64,000 bases of DNA from NCBI RefSeq assembly GCF_030684315.1, contig NC_081377.1, forward strand, positions 25,172,001-25,236,000, read 5' to 3'. Both the position numbers and the translations under genes were made by a program. Numbering within the stretch: the stretch's first letter is position 1; each line of letters begins with the position of its first letter. The notes beneath the pieces are model-generated. The model ran no database searches. It was not told where the DNA came from and saw only the letters and a program-made list of their open reading frames with translations. Source of the DNA: Stegostoma tigrinum (Eukaryota). Shown here piece by piece: positions 12,581 through 23,929 of the stretch.

Positions 12581-13051
12581 TAGTTAGTTATATTTCCGTT
12601 AAAAAAAACTGACAACATTTCTAAACAATAATGATTCTGAAAATACTGGTCATGAGGAAATGATGCACCTGCTGATATCACCATCAACAAACTAGACTAA
12701 ACACCACAGACATCAGAATAATGATATAAAAGGAAAATTTTCCTGATGCAAGAGGCAATGCAATATATTAAAGAACAACATACTGTGCTGCCTTGTCTTC
12801 TTAGCGGCAAGACAGAGACCTAGCTTACCATATTTTCCTTAGTTGCCCATTTGACCATACTTCTGGCTTGACAGATCACGAAGCTCCTTGACCCAATAAA
12901 CAAAAAACAGGAGGAGCAGTAAAAGTAGTCTATGTACACTGGTTTATCCTTCCACATATTAATGGTGGGCAGGTAACTAATTATAGGGTTACCCAGAAGC
13001 AGAGCCAAATGGCTCATCTCTTAGTCCTGTGACAAAAACTAATGTTTAAAG

Positions 13052-13842
13052 TTTTAGAGAAGATTTGTAGCTTGTGTTGTGGATGAGATTGTAGACTTGC
13101 TCACCGAACCGGTGTGTCTGACTGCAGATCTTTCGTCACCTTGTAAGGTAACATCACCAGTGCGCCTCTGGTGAAGCATTCATGTTCAGTCTTGCTTGTT
13201 ATCTACATCCTTGGTTTCCTTGAGCGGTTGGTATCACTTCTGGTTTTAGTTTTCAGTGATTTGTATAGCAGGTCCAGTTCAATGTGTTTGTTGATGGAGT
13301 TCCAGTTGGAATTCCAGTCCTTCAGGAGTTCCCTTGCATGTCTGTTTGGCTTGTGTTATTAGGTGTGCTGTTCCAGTTGAATTGTCATTCTTTGTCTATA
13401 CAAACAGAGACTAATGAGAACTGCTCATAGTCAATTTTCTCAATTTTGTATTTTGTATATTAAGTTGGTTTTACTGGTTGTGGGTATGGGATCCTTTATG
13501 TTCATCAGTAGCTGTCCTAGGGTGGTTGTTGTTTTGTGGACTACTCTGATACCTAGGGGTCTGAGTAATCTTGTGGTCATCTGATATGGCTCTGATGTAC
13601 GGTAGGGTGACTAGTGTGTCTGGCCATGTTGAGTCTTTTGTGGTGTGTTGTGGAGGTAACAGCAGATTGTGATATACAAACCACTGAAAAACCAGAAGGA
13701 TGTCAACCACCCTAGTAGACCAAAATGTATAAACACGTGGGACAGAACATCAACACTTCACCGGAGGCACACTGAATGTAACCTAGCAGGGAGGCAGAAC
13801 GTCTGCAATCAAACAGCAGCTCAGCGAGCCAGTCGACATCCT
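13052..13842. mobile_element. Penelope-like element (second family), decayed, inverted termini
   Basis: Starts GAGAAGATTTGTAGC, like 21081 and the inverse of ~8495-8515. The right end CAGCTCAGCGAGCCAGTC is the inverse of the left terminus. ORF 13471-13710 'PDTLVTLPYI' resembles the PLE RT-EN linker. Imperfect TSD CAAAAACTAAT. Confidence 0.65.
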
Positions 13843-14623
13843 CAAAAACTAATATATTAACAATACACAAAAATCCTAAGGAACCTTCCCACTTAATATT
13901 TGGTAGTGGTGATATGATGCCCCGGTTTCATTTATAACATGGAATATCTGAAAGCCAACTGTCCTTTAATCATTTTAGCTGCCTAGCTGCCCCCAAACAC
14001 TGCACACACGCAGATACAAAGATACCACCTCATATCTTCAAGAAGTGCAGTCCATTTCAAGGCTTCTATAAAACAGAAATAAATCAAGTCACGCAAACCA
14101 ACTTTAGTTTTTATATAAGGGAAATGTTTGAATGACGTTGACAAGCTACAGATTTTAATGATTACTGTAAATTATAACAAAAAGTACACAAAGTACTAAT
14201 TAGCTATAAAACCATTGGGAAACCTGAAGTCACAAAAAGCACAATGCAAGTGTAAATTGTTTCTTTTCCATACAGCATGGTATAATTTCTGCTTTTGCTT
14301 TTTAAGAATAGCTCACATGGCAATTTCTTGCACAGTTGTGTGAATAAAAGTGGTCTCTTTATCAAGCAGTAATTTAGATATTAAACCACTGTAACAATGG
14401 TACAGTTGAAAAGGGTTATAACCCAGTGTATTCCATCTCACCGCAGGAACATCAATCGGCAAGAATGTCACAACGTGGGTAAATTGACAACAGCCACTTT
14501 AAAAAAAGATAAGCAATTCACTGTACAAATGAGAACTTCTCAAATAACTATATAGAAAACACTTGCTGTGACACAGGCATGCAGTTAAAACAATTTATTG
14601 AACATAAATAGTCTACCACTCAC

Positions 14624-14787
14624 CTTTCTGGTCAGTGCTTTCACTGCATCACTGTTAGTTTTCATTTCAAAAAGTCTCTCATTGTTGAGAGGACTGGCAG
14701 GCCTCAAACTGGGAGGCAAGCAGATGTTACTCTTTCCCAATAATTTATCAGCATTTGCCTTTGCTATTTCAAGTAGCTTCTGTTTAT
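14624..14787 (-). CDS. RSRP1: RSRP1 coding exon 4 (DKQKLLEIAKANADKLLGKSNICLPPSLR...)
   Basis: ttttgtttcag acceptor, AAG|gtgagt donor, 164 nt, phase 1/0. LLEIAKANA is the conserved RSRP motif shared by RSRP1 and SON. Confidence 0.93.
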
Positions 14788-15131
14788 CTGAAACAAAAAA
14801 AAATATTTTAGGCTGCAATTCTTCAAGCTTTTGAAACCTTAACTTGGCTTAAACACACTGCTGACAGGCAATAACAGTACTAAATCAACAACAGGTACAA
14901 TTCAAAAGAACGGAAAACAGCACTGACATTTCAGGTGGTATCCATAAATATTAGGAACATAAATAATCACACGAGAAACTAATGGCAGCAGAAATAATAT
15001 TGCTGGGAAGATTTACTTTCAGTGATGAATCAAAAATAAAGCACAATTTTGAATATCTTGGAGAAAACTATTCTGAAGATAAATTTCTTCAAATTAGATA
15101 CTAAATTAGAAGCTGAACAGATAAATACACA

Positions 15132-15337
15132 GAGATAATGGGAACTGCAGATGCTGGAGAATTCCAAGATAATAAAGTGTGAGGCTGGATGAGCGCAGCG
15201 GGCCGGGCGGCATCTCAGGAGCGCAGGGGCTGATGTTTCGGGCCTCTCTGAAGGGTCTAGGCCCGGGGTGTCGGCTTTTGTGCTCCTGGGATGCTGCTTG
15301 GCCTGCTGTGTTCATCCAGCCTCACATTTTATTATCT
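15132..15337. mobile_element. Penelope-derived palindrome with 14-bp TSD and clustered A>G changes
   Basis: TSD CAGATAAATACACA at 15118-15131 and 15338-15351. Tail + arm + short loop + inverted arm. 16 A>G differences relative to the sister copy at 31918-32275. Confidence 0.92.
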
Positions 15338-15473
15338 CAGATAAATACACATTTGCGTTTATTTGGCATTATAGCTGATGTATAACTCAACAAAGAAGCA
15401 GCAGGTAGATTTGATGAGGTTCTGCAAATTTGAGTTAACCTTAGAACAAGTAAAATTCTTGAAAGAGTAATAA

Positions 15474-16836
15474 GCAACAACCCTGGTAATTATAGACCAG
15501 TGAGCCTTTACCTGTTGGTAAAGTGTTGGAAAAGGTTATAAGAGATAGGATTTATAATCATCTAGAAAAGAATAATTTGATTAGGGATTGTCGGTTTTGT
15601 GAAGGGTAGGCCATGCCTCACAAACCTTATTGAGTTCTTTGAGAAGGTGACCACACAGGTAGATGAGAGTAAACCGGTTGATGTGGTGTATATGGATTTC
15701 AACAGGGCGTTCGATAAGGTTCCCCACAATAGGCTATTGTACAAAATGCAGAGGAATGGGATTGTGGGAGATATAGCAGTTTGGATCAGAAATTGGCTTG
15801 CTGAAAGAAGACAGAGGGTGGTAGTTGATGGGAAATGTTCATCCTGGAGACCAGTTATTAGTGGTGTACCGCAAGGGTCGGTGTTGGGTCCACTGCTGTT
15901 TGTCATTTGTATAAATGACCTGAACGAGGGCGTAGAAGGATGGGTTAGTAAATTTGCAGACGACACTAAGGTCGGTGGAGTTGTGGATAGTGACGAAGGA
16001 TGCTGTAGGTTACAGAGAGACACAGGTAAGCTGCAGACCTGGGCTGAGAGGTCGCAAATGGAGTTTAATGCAGACAAGTGTGAGGTGATGCACTTTAGTA
16101 GGAGTAACCAGAAGGCAAAGTACTGGGCTAATGGTAAGATTCTTGATAGTGTAGATGAGCAGAGAGATCTCAGTGCCCATGTATACAGATTCTTGAAAGT
16201 TGCCACTCAGGTTGACAGGGCTGGTAAGAAGGCATACAGTGTTTTAGCTTTTATTAATAGAGGGATTGAGTTCTGGAACCATGAGGTTATGCTGCAGCTG
16301 TACAAAACTCTGGTGCGGCCGCACTTGGAGTATTGCGTACAGTTCTGGTCAGCACATTATAAGAAGGATGTGGAAGCTTTGGAAAGGGTGCAGAGGAGAT
16401 TTACTAGGATGTTGCCTGGTATGGAGGGAAGGTCTTATGAGGAAAGGCTGAGGGACTTGAGGCTCTTTTCATTAGAGAGAAGGTTGAGAGGTGACTTAAT
16501 TGAAACATATAGAGCAATCAGAGGGTTAGATAGGGTGGATAGGGAGAGCCTTTTCCCTAGGATGCTGACGGTGAGCATGAGGGGGCCTAGCTTTAAATTG
16601 AAAGATGTAGGACAGATGTCAGAGGTAGTTTCTTTACTCAGAGTAGTAAGGGAATGGAACGCTTTGCCTGCAACGGTAGTAGATTCACCAACTTTAAGTA
16701 CATTTAAGTCGTCATTGGACAAGCGTATGGACGTACATGGAATAGTGTAGGTTAGATGGGCTTGAGATCGGTATGTCAGGTCAGCACAACATCGAGGGCC
16801 GAAGGGCCTGTACTGTGCTGTTATGTTCTATGTTAT
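15474..16836 (+). mobile_element. CR1 LINE 5'-truncated copy (RT to 3' tail)
   Basis: 383-aa ORF 15599-16750 with PQGSVLGPLLF, KFADD, LVRPHLEYCVQFW; 3' end TGTTATGTTCTATGTT. Confidence 0.92.
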
Positions 16837-17357
16837 AACTAGACCAACTGACTGCCCTGAAGATATTAAACACCTTCCTACGCTTGGCTAACACAACACA
16901 CAATGAGCAGGCAGAGGTCCCGCAACTAAGTACAATACTAGATCATGCAGATTACCTAGGGCTCAAAAACAGTTAGCAGAAATGCCACATGACCAAGTGT
17001 CATTTCTCCCAAATTCTGGAAGGCAGCAGAATAAACACTGTAGTGTTGTTTAGAAATTAACAAGCAGTACAGTGTTTTGCAACAGCCAATGTGCAATATT
17101 TGCGAATTTGCCAAACAAACCAATGCTGTTCCAACATCCACTGCCATTAGCTAATGGACTAATCTAATGCTATTTAACTTCAATAGTACCCTACAAATTC
17201 CGTTTGCACATTGTGAAATTTACAAATTTTTCTGGTTTCGTAGGATTTGTCAGTATTTTAGGAGACCCACTTTTTAAGAGATACTGCGACCAATTATATC
17301 CCCATTCTTCTGAAAACATGCTGTAAAGCTCTTATGCATGTTCAAAAAAGTAACTAC

Positions 17358-18200
17358 CTTTTTGTGTTAAGTGGAAAGATCTGTCCCTCGATCTGCTTCG
17401 GCTCCTTTGGTGGGATCGTGGTTGTGTTTTGTATGCAAAGCCATAGTAACCACTCCGGAATCTGGATGGGGACCGAGACCACGATCTGGACCTGGATCTT
17501 CTGTACCTCAAGCTGGATCTTGGTCTTCGGTATGACCTAGAATATCTGGGTCTAGACCTGTATCTTTGCGGAGACCGGTAAGACATTCGACATCTGGATC
17601 TTCGGTAACAAGACCGTGACCAGCTCCTAGACCGGGACCTTGAACAGGTTCGTCTTGATCTTCTATAGTTCCTCCTCCGTGGTACATATCTGCCTCTTGA
17701 AGAGAAAGAGACATCATCTGAACTTGAACCGTACCTCTCTAAAGATGACAGTGAACTTGATCGGGTGCTTGCTGATGATGCTGAACTTGACTGCGACCTT
17801 TCTGAGGATGATATTGATGTTGACCGGGAACGACCCGATGATGACATTGAACTTGACCGGGAGCTGCCTGGAGAGCATGCAGAACTTGATCGGGAGCTGC
17901 CTGAAGATGTCACTGAACCAGATCGGGAACTGCTTGAGGAGGATACAGAACTCGATCTGGAGTCTTTAGACCTCTTGACAGCAACCATTCTGGAACGGGA
18001 CATTCTGAGATTCTTTTCCGTTCCCTGGCAAGGAGAAATAAGTCTCAATTCATCCACAGCAAATGTATTTTCTGATTTCGGTTCTTGGGCATTGCATCCA
18101 CCAGATTCACAATCCATTTCAATGTCCTTCTCCATCGCCTGCTCAGTTTTTGAATTCGATTTAAGAACATTGTCACACATTTGTTGTAAATTCAGTTTAC
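17358..18200 (-). CDS. RSRP1: RSRP1 large Ser/Arg-rich coding exon 3
   Basis: ccattag acceptor, AAAG|gtagtt donor, 843 nt, phase 1/1. Ser-rich then RS-rich (SRSRSRSWSRS, YRSRPRYSRS); ends FHLTQK, running into DKQKLLEIAK. Confidence 0.92.
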
Positions 18201-18431
18201 CTAATGGATCAATAAACACTAATATTAGAATGAAGTAAACAAACCTTCTGCTAATCATATCACACACATTACACAAGAATAAAAGCTAGCACAGTGGAAT
18301 AAATCAATTTCGTGTGTTGCTATTTTCCATTTTATTAAGATCAAACTTAAGGGTCTAGTATTAATCACTGTAGCAAAGCACAATTAATTAGTTATTCAGT
18401 ACACCACAACTATGCTAGTGCTTGAAAAGAA

Positions 18432-18740
18432 GCACGGTGGCTCAGTGGTGAGCACTGCTGTCTCTCAGCATCAGGGACCCAGGTTTGATTCCACACTTGG
18501 GCAACCGTGTGTGAAGCTTGCACATTCTCCCCGTGTCTGCGTGTGTTTCCTCTGGGTGCTCTGGTTTCCTCCCATGATCCAAAGATGTGCAGGTTAGGTG
18601 GACTAAATTACCCATTGTGTTCAGGGATGTGTAGATTAGGTGGGTTATAGGAGGATGGATCAGGGTGGGATGCTCCAAGGGTCGGTGCAGACTTGTTTGG
18701 TCAAAGGGCCTGCTTCAACACTGTAGAGATTCTATGATTC
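18432..18740 (+). mobile_element. V-SINE (HE1-like) tRNA-derived SINE
   Basis: GCACGGTGGCTCAGTGG A-box, GGTTTGATTCC B-box, V-domain TTGCACATTCTCCCCGTGTCTGCGTG..TTTCCTC.GGGTGCTC.GGTTTCCTCCCA, CR1-like 3' end. Confidence 0.85.
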
Positions 18741-19445
18741 AACTGTTTCATGGCTTTCTCCATTGCTATGCACCTTTTCTCCCTCAAATTTAAAGACTGC
18801 ATATATCAAATTTTTGCTGAAATTTTCTATGAAATCTATTTCCACCTGCCAGATAGGGTTTACGGGTCATAATTCTGTTCTCCAATTACTGGCCTACGTG
18901 CCACAGGGAGCATCTCTTCACTGCCCACGGAATTTGCCAATCTTCTCAGGCGTCATTATTGTAAATCTATGCTGTACCCTCCTCAACCTATTTTCAATCT
19001 CTGCCATGCCTTCCCCAACCCACTGCAATCCTTCCAGAAGCTGTACACAAGTTTCATATGTTGCGATTCAACTTTAAACTAAATTTTCCTTCCACGTTTG
19101 GAAGTTAAAACTTCAGTATAAAATTGAAGTAATTTCAAAATTTTAAACTCGATGTAGATAACGATAACATTTTCAATTTTAATCTTCTCCATTAAGAACA
19201 GAAAATTTCTCTCATGGGACAGTTTCAACATGTGATCATTTAAAAAACACCCAATGTTTTTCCACCTCGATTTTTGGTGACTGAAGTAACCCAGAGGCAA
19301 TCACCAGCATTTTAGATGAACAATGAAATCCCTTTTTTAAAATATATTCTTGCCAGTTGCGCATTTTAAAGCGGGCAACTGCATATTTTGGTGACGTTAT
19401 GTCACTACACCAAAACATTGCTCAGGTGACTCAGGTGCATTCATC

Positions 19446-19985
19446 TAGAACAAAAAGTTACAGCACAGGAACAGGCCATTCGGCCCTCCAAGCCTGCGCC
19501 GATAAAGAACCTCTATCTAAACCTGTCACCTAATTTCCAAAGATCTGTATCCCTCTACTCCCTGCCAATTCACGTACCTGTCTAGGTACATCTTAAATGA
19601 TGGTATCGTGCTCGCCTCTACCACCTTCGCTGGCAATGCATTCCTTGCACCCACCACCCTCTACATGAAGAGCTTTCCACGCATATCTCCCTTAAACTTT
19701 TCCCCTCTCACCTTGAAATCGTGACCCCTAGTAATTGAGTCCTCCACTCTGGGGGGAAAAGCGTGCTATCCACCCTCATGATTGTGCAGACCTCAATCAG
19801 GTCCCCCCTCAATCTTTCTAACGAAAATAATCCTAGTCTACTCAACCTTTCTTCATAGTTCACACCCTCCATACCAGGCAACATCCTGGTTAACCTCCTC
19901 TGCACCCTCTCCAAAGCATCCACATCCTTTTGGTAATGTGGCGACCAGAACTGTTTGCAGTATTCCAAATGGGGTCGAACGCAAG
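19446..19985 (-). mobile_element. CR1 LINE 3' fragment
   Basis: ORF 19708-19968 EYCKQFWSPHYQKDVDALERVQRR...LFSLERLRGDL; 3' UTR to ~19446. Confidence 0.85.
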
Positions 19986-20082
19986 TTCTCTACATTGATG
20001 ACTCCAGACATTTGTGCTCCATGCACTAGGGCTGACCAATGTTACAAACGATCGGCATTTTAAAAATTATGCAAATTGCCAT

Positions 20083-20272
20083 AGTCTTATCAGACCACTG
20101 GCTGCGCTCTCATGCGTGAGAGATGACTGGTGATAAATTTAACCCGAGGGTCACCCTACCTCACGACACGGGAGAGGTTGAGGAATGTACTTCACGGTAG
20201 CCTCAAATGGTTTGGAATCAAACTCATGCATCACAAATCAACTATCCAGCCAAGTGAACTAACCGACCCCGT
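20083..20272 (-). mobile_element. Decayed tRNA-derived SINE
   Basis: Minus strand starts GGGGTCGGTTAGTTCACTTGGCTGGA (tRNA-like A-box) with a GTTTGATTCC B-box remnant. Confidence 0.4.
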
Positions 20273-20660
20273 CAGTCTGCATTAACCTCTGCTCCATCAT
20301 CAGGAGACACGGAGACTGCAGTTAGTTTTTTTTTCAAAAGCACACATGTTTTTGTGCTGTTAATATGAATAAGTTACAAACACACTTTTGTTTCTACTAG
20401 CAATGGTAGGCTCTCAAATACCTCACTGCAGTTCCACACATTAACCTGAAGTGGAAAAACACAATTTATACGCTGAATAAAACCTAGTCACTGCATGACC
20501 AATGATTCACTCAAATCAATACAGATTGTTTACAATGTAAAATAATAGCATTCCCAAACTCCAAGCATTGTTTCGCTCAGGTATTATGGAATGCTAGGCT
20601 CACTGATTTTCAACTATAACTAACTTGATAAATTTAACATACAAGAAAACTAAGACTTAC

Positions 20661-20713
20661 CATAGCTGGATTTCTCTTCCATTTTTTCCCAGGAAAAATC
20701 ACTGGCATTTACC
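20661..20713 (-). CDS. RSRP1: RSRP1 small exon 2 (RVNASDFSWEKMEEKSSYG)
   Basis: ttttcttgtgttaatag acceptor, ATG|gtaagt donor, 53 nt. Phases 2/1 join exon 1 and exon 3 in frame; it also contains an in-frame ATG (MEEKSSY). Confidence 0.7.
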
Positions 20714-21077
20714 CTATTAACACAAGAAAAAACTTACTCTATACAATGCTTGATTTGGAATTATATTCAATGTAACAACAGAACATGAACAAAACAAAAT
20801 TTTAACACAGTAAAGCCAAAATCCTTCCAGAAGCTCCATGCAATTTTAAATTACATTACATCTGAAACTGCTCACATATGACTAAAATTTCCACTGGCTC
20901 TAGACCAACCAAAGCCTCAAAAAGAAGTTATTTTAATTAGAAACCAGAAGCAACTACTCAAGTTTCATGACATTGTCAATATACACACCGTGCCATTCCT
21001 TTAACCAATGCCTTTAACAATCTAAGCTCCACTTTTCCCAAATACTCTCTTCCTCAGCTGTTCAATTCAGCTTTTGT

Positions 21078-21234
21078 TTTGAGAAGATTTGTAGCTCAGG
21101 TTGAGGTTCTGGATGTGAGTTTGCTCGCTGAGCTGGAAGGTTTGTTTTCAGACGTTTCGTCACCATTCTAGGTGACACCAGTGAGCCTCCGGTGAAGCGC
21201 TGGTGTTATGTCCCGCTTTCAATTTATCTGTTTA
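21078..21234 (-). mobile_element. Penelope-like terminal fragment (second family) with TSD
   Basis: Closely matches 8132-8255. TSD TCAGCTTTTGT at 21067-21077 and 21235-21245. Confidence 0.7.
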
Positions 21235-21710
21235 TCAGCTTTTGTATTTTGAGATTACTTTGGTGAAGCATATTGTAATGTTTTATATCATATTATGCAA
21301 GCTGCTATAACACTGCATTTTTATTCTATTCGTTTAAGAAAGTAGTAATCTTGAAGCCTAAAGTAAGTGCCTATTTTGCTATTCTATATCACCACCCTAT
21401 GGTGAGTTAATCACTTTCTGGAAATTTCTCCACTGCTTAAGAAATTCAATCGGCCAGAGGGTGGAGCTGCTGATCAACAATGAGTCACAGGACTTGGCTT
21501 TCACCAGTATGAACACTCGTGCAAAATACAGTATCTCATTTCCCAGCAGAAAACTAAACCAATGAGAATGTTTAAGGTTGACAATTTAAAGTAGCTTTAT
21601 CAAAAGAAACAAGCTAAGCATTAATTATGGTAATATAAAACCGGAAACACAAACACTTGATTGAAAAGCCTCCACAATTGTCTAAAATGCACTTAAAAAG
21701 ATGCGCATTG

Positions 21711-21920
21711 ACTTTGGTCCCCACTCTCTCCTCCGGCAGCCCAACCCACTGGCACTTTGGCCCCCCTCTTTCCTCCGGCAGCCCAATCCATTGACGCTTT
21801 GGTCCCCCCTCCTCCGGCAGCCTAATCCATTGACACTTTGGCCCCCCTCTCTCCTCTGACAGCCCAATCCACTGGCACTTTGGCCCCCCTCTCCCCACTG
21901 ACAGCCCAATCCATTGACAC
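21711..21920. repeat. Minisatellite, about 5 units of 39-43 bp, in RSRP1 intron 1
   Basis: Consensus ACTTTGGCCCCCCTCTCTCCTCCGGCAGCCCAATCCATTGAC repeated with variants. Confidence 0.9.
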
Positions 21921-22304
21921 GTTGACATCAATTGTTTATACGGCAATGCAACCTAAATAATGGCCACAAAAACAAAATTGCTGGAAAAGCTCATGCGGGT
22001 CTGGCAACATCTGTGAAGGTAACGACAGAGTTAACGTTTCAGGTCCGGTGACCTTTCGTCTGAACTGATAACAACAATGGTCTTCATCCACCACAAACCC
22101 CGACAACACAACAGAATCGCTGGGTCTAATCCCGATCCTAAATCAAACGATCTCATTTCACCAGTTGCTCAAAACTACGACACACCCAAAACCGACGCTT
22201 TAAACCAGTTTATGAAATGAGATCACCCCGACACCTCCCCAACAAGTTTTCTATTTAAAGTCGTTTTGATGGTCAGACTCCTTCGTATTCTGAAAAGGAC
22301 TCAC

Positions 22305-22375
22305 CGAATATCACCGGCTTGCTTCTTGGATGAGTCCGGACTGCTGCAATAAGGCCTCTCAACAACAACCACCAT
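22305..22375 (-). CDS. RSRP1: RSRP1 exon 1, putative coding part (MVVVVERPYCSSPDSSKKQAGDIR)
   Basis: gaagATGg just downstream of a TATA box; CG|gtgagt donor; 71 nt (phase 2), in frame with exons 2-6. It could instead be 5' UTR if a downstream ATG is used. Confidence 0.6.
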
Positions 22376-22379
22376 CTTC

Positions 22380-22650
22380 TTACTGCACCGATTACGACGA
22401 TCTCGCCCTACTTTATAACCTACCGTCACCGCTACCCCACCTTCACCTCCCTCTCATTGGCTAATACGCAGTGATTGCGGTCTCCATTCGTTTGTTGGGG
22501 ACTGAATGCAGTAATAGCCTATAGAACAGTGAGCTGCCCTCTTCCTACTGGTTAATACAGCTGTCAGTCACAGCGTGGTCCGCACCGCTGCCGGCAACTC
22601 GACGCCCGATTGGTGAAACTTACTGTCAATCAACAATAAAATGCGGGGAG
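22380..22650 (-). promoter_or_regulatory. RSRP1 promoter (CpG-rich, TATA, CCAAT boxes)
   Basis: TATAAA on the minus strand at 22412-22417; CCAAT on the minus strand at 22456-22460 and 22609-22613; local CpG enrichment ~22100-22700. Confidence 0.7.
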
Positions 22651-23929
22651 TGTCTAAAATGTTGCATTTGCTTAAAGTCCGAAACGAGAAAGACGCAGAA
22701 AATCCTGGAAGGATCTGGAAAGCCAATGCTTTGGCTGTAAATCCTGCTCCAAACCTGTGTTTTCTATTAACCTTTTGGTCAGACGGCCTCTTTCATTTCA
22801 AATAATGTTATTACACCATTTGTATTTTTAAAAACTTTATTTGAATTTTACACTGAAATCCAGGGAGTGATGTTTTAGGTTACTGATCTTCTATTAATAA
22901 AGTGCGAACAAAATAGGAGCAGAAGAAGCCTATTCGGCCCTTCAAGCCTGCCCTGAATAAAAAAGTGATCAAATAGTGTTTCGAATTCCAAATTCTCGTC
23001 TACTCTTGGTAACTGTCGATTCCATTGTTGAGTTGATCAACGATAACAAAGTGTCAAGCTGCATAAACATAGCAGGCCAAGCAGCATCTCAGGAGCACAA
23101 AGGCACACAAAGCAAAACACCCTCGTCCCTCTTCCGCAGCATTTGACAACAGCAATTTAACTGGTTGACCCAATACATAGCAGTAAACAACAATACTGCT
23201 CCCTTATTGTGGTGACATATACAATCAGGTAACATAAAAATGGATATATTATAGGTAAAGAGCGAGCATTAGCATTACATGACAGCACGCCCACCTTACC
23301 CAGAGGCAAATAGTTAGTGCCTACGCAGCACAACCATAAAGTCAAATTCCCAAAAATCCTGCCCTAAGTGAATTCTCACTCTCTACCAACAGTGACTATG
23401 ATTCCCCATCCTTTAATTAGGGTCATGTTTTTGTGTCTTTTTTTCGTGCATCTACACAAAATAAAGGCTCACGTGACAATAAACCTGATGAAAAAAACTC
23501 ATTCTCGCCATCGTGCACATTCCTATGTCGCTCATTTGTGCGTCCCTCAGTGCCTCAAATACATGTAAAATATATCAGAGATAATGGGAACTGCAGATGC
23601 TGGAGAATTCCACGATAATAAAATGTGAGGCTGGATGAACACAGCAGGCCAAGCAGCATCTCAGGACCACAAAAGCTGACATTTCGGGCCTAGACCCTTC
23701 ATCGGAGAGGGGGATGGGGAGAGGGAACTGGAATAAATAGGGAGAGAGGGGGAGGCGGACCGAAGATGGAGAGTAAAGAAGATAGGTGGAGAGAGTGTAA
23801 GTGGGGAGGTTGGGAGGGGATAGGTCGGTCCAGGGAAGACGGACAGGTCAAGGAGGTGGGATGAGGTTAGTAGGTAGCTGGGGGTGCGGCTTGGGGTGGG
23901 AGGAAGGGATGGGTGAGAGCAAGAACCGG

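Noticed and set aside
17640-18238. Acidic ORFs on the plus strand (157 aa, 109 aa)
   Set aside because: Antisense shadows of the Ser/Arg-rich RSRP1 exon.
18201-18276. N-terminal part of the 314-aa ORF (MCNVCDMISRRFVYFILILVFIDPL)
   Set aside because: Lies in the intron upstream of the acceptor at 18201; it translates the pyrimidine tract.
18432-18500. tRNA gene
   Set aside because: The tRNA-like head continues into the V-domain and LINE-derived tail, so it is a SINE; the same applies at 43561, 54040 and 54860.
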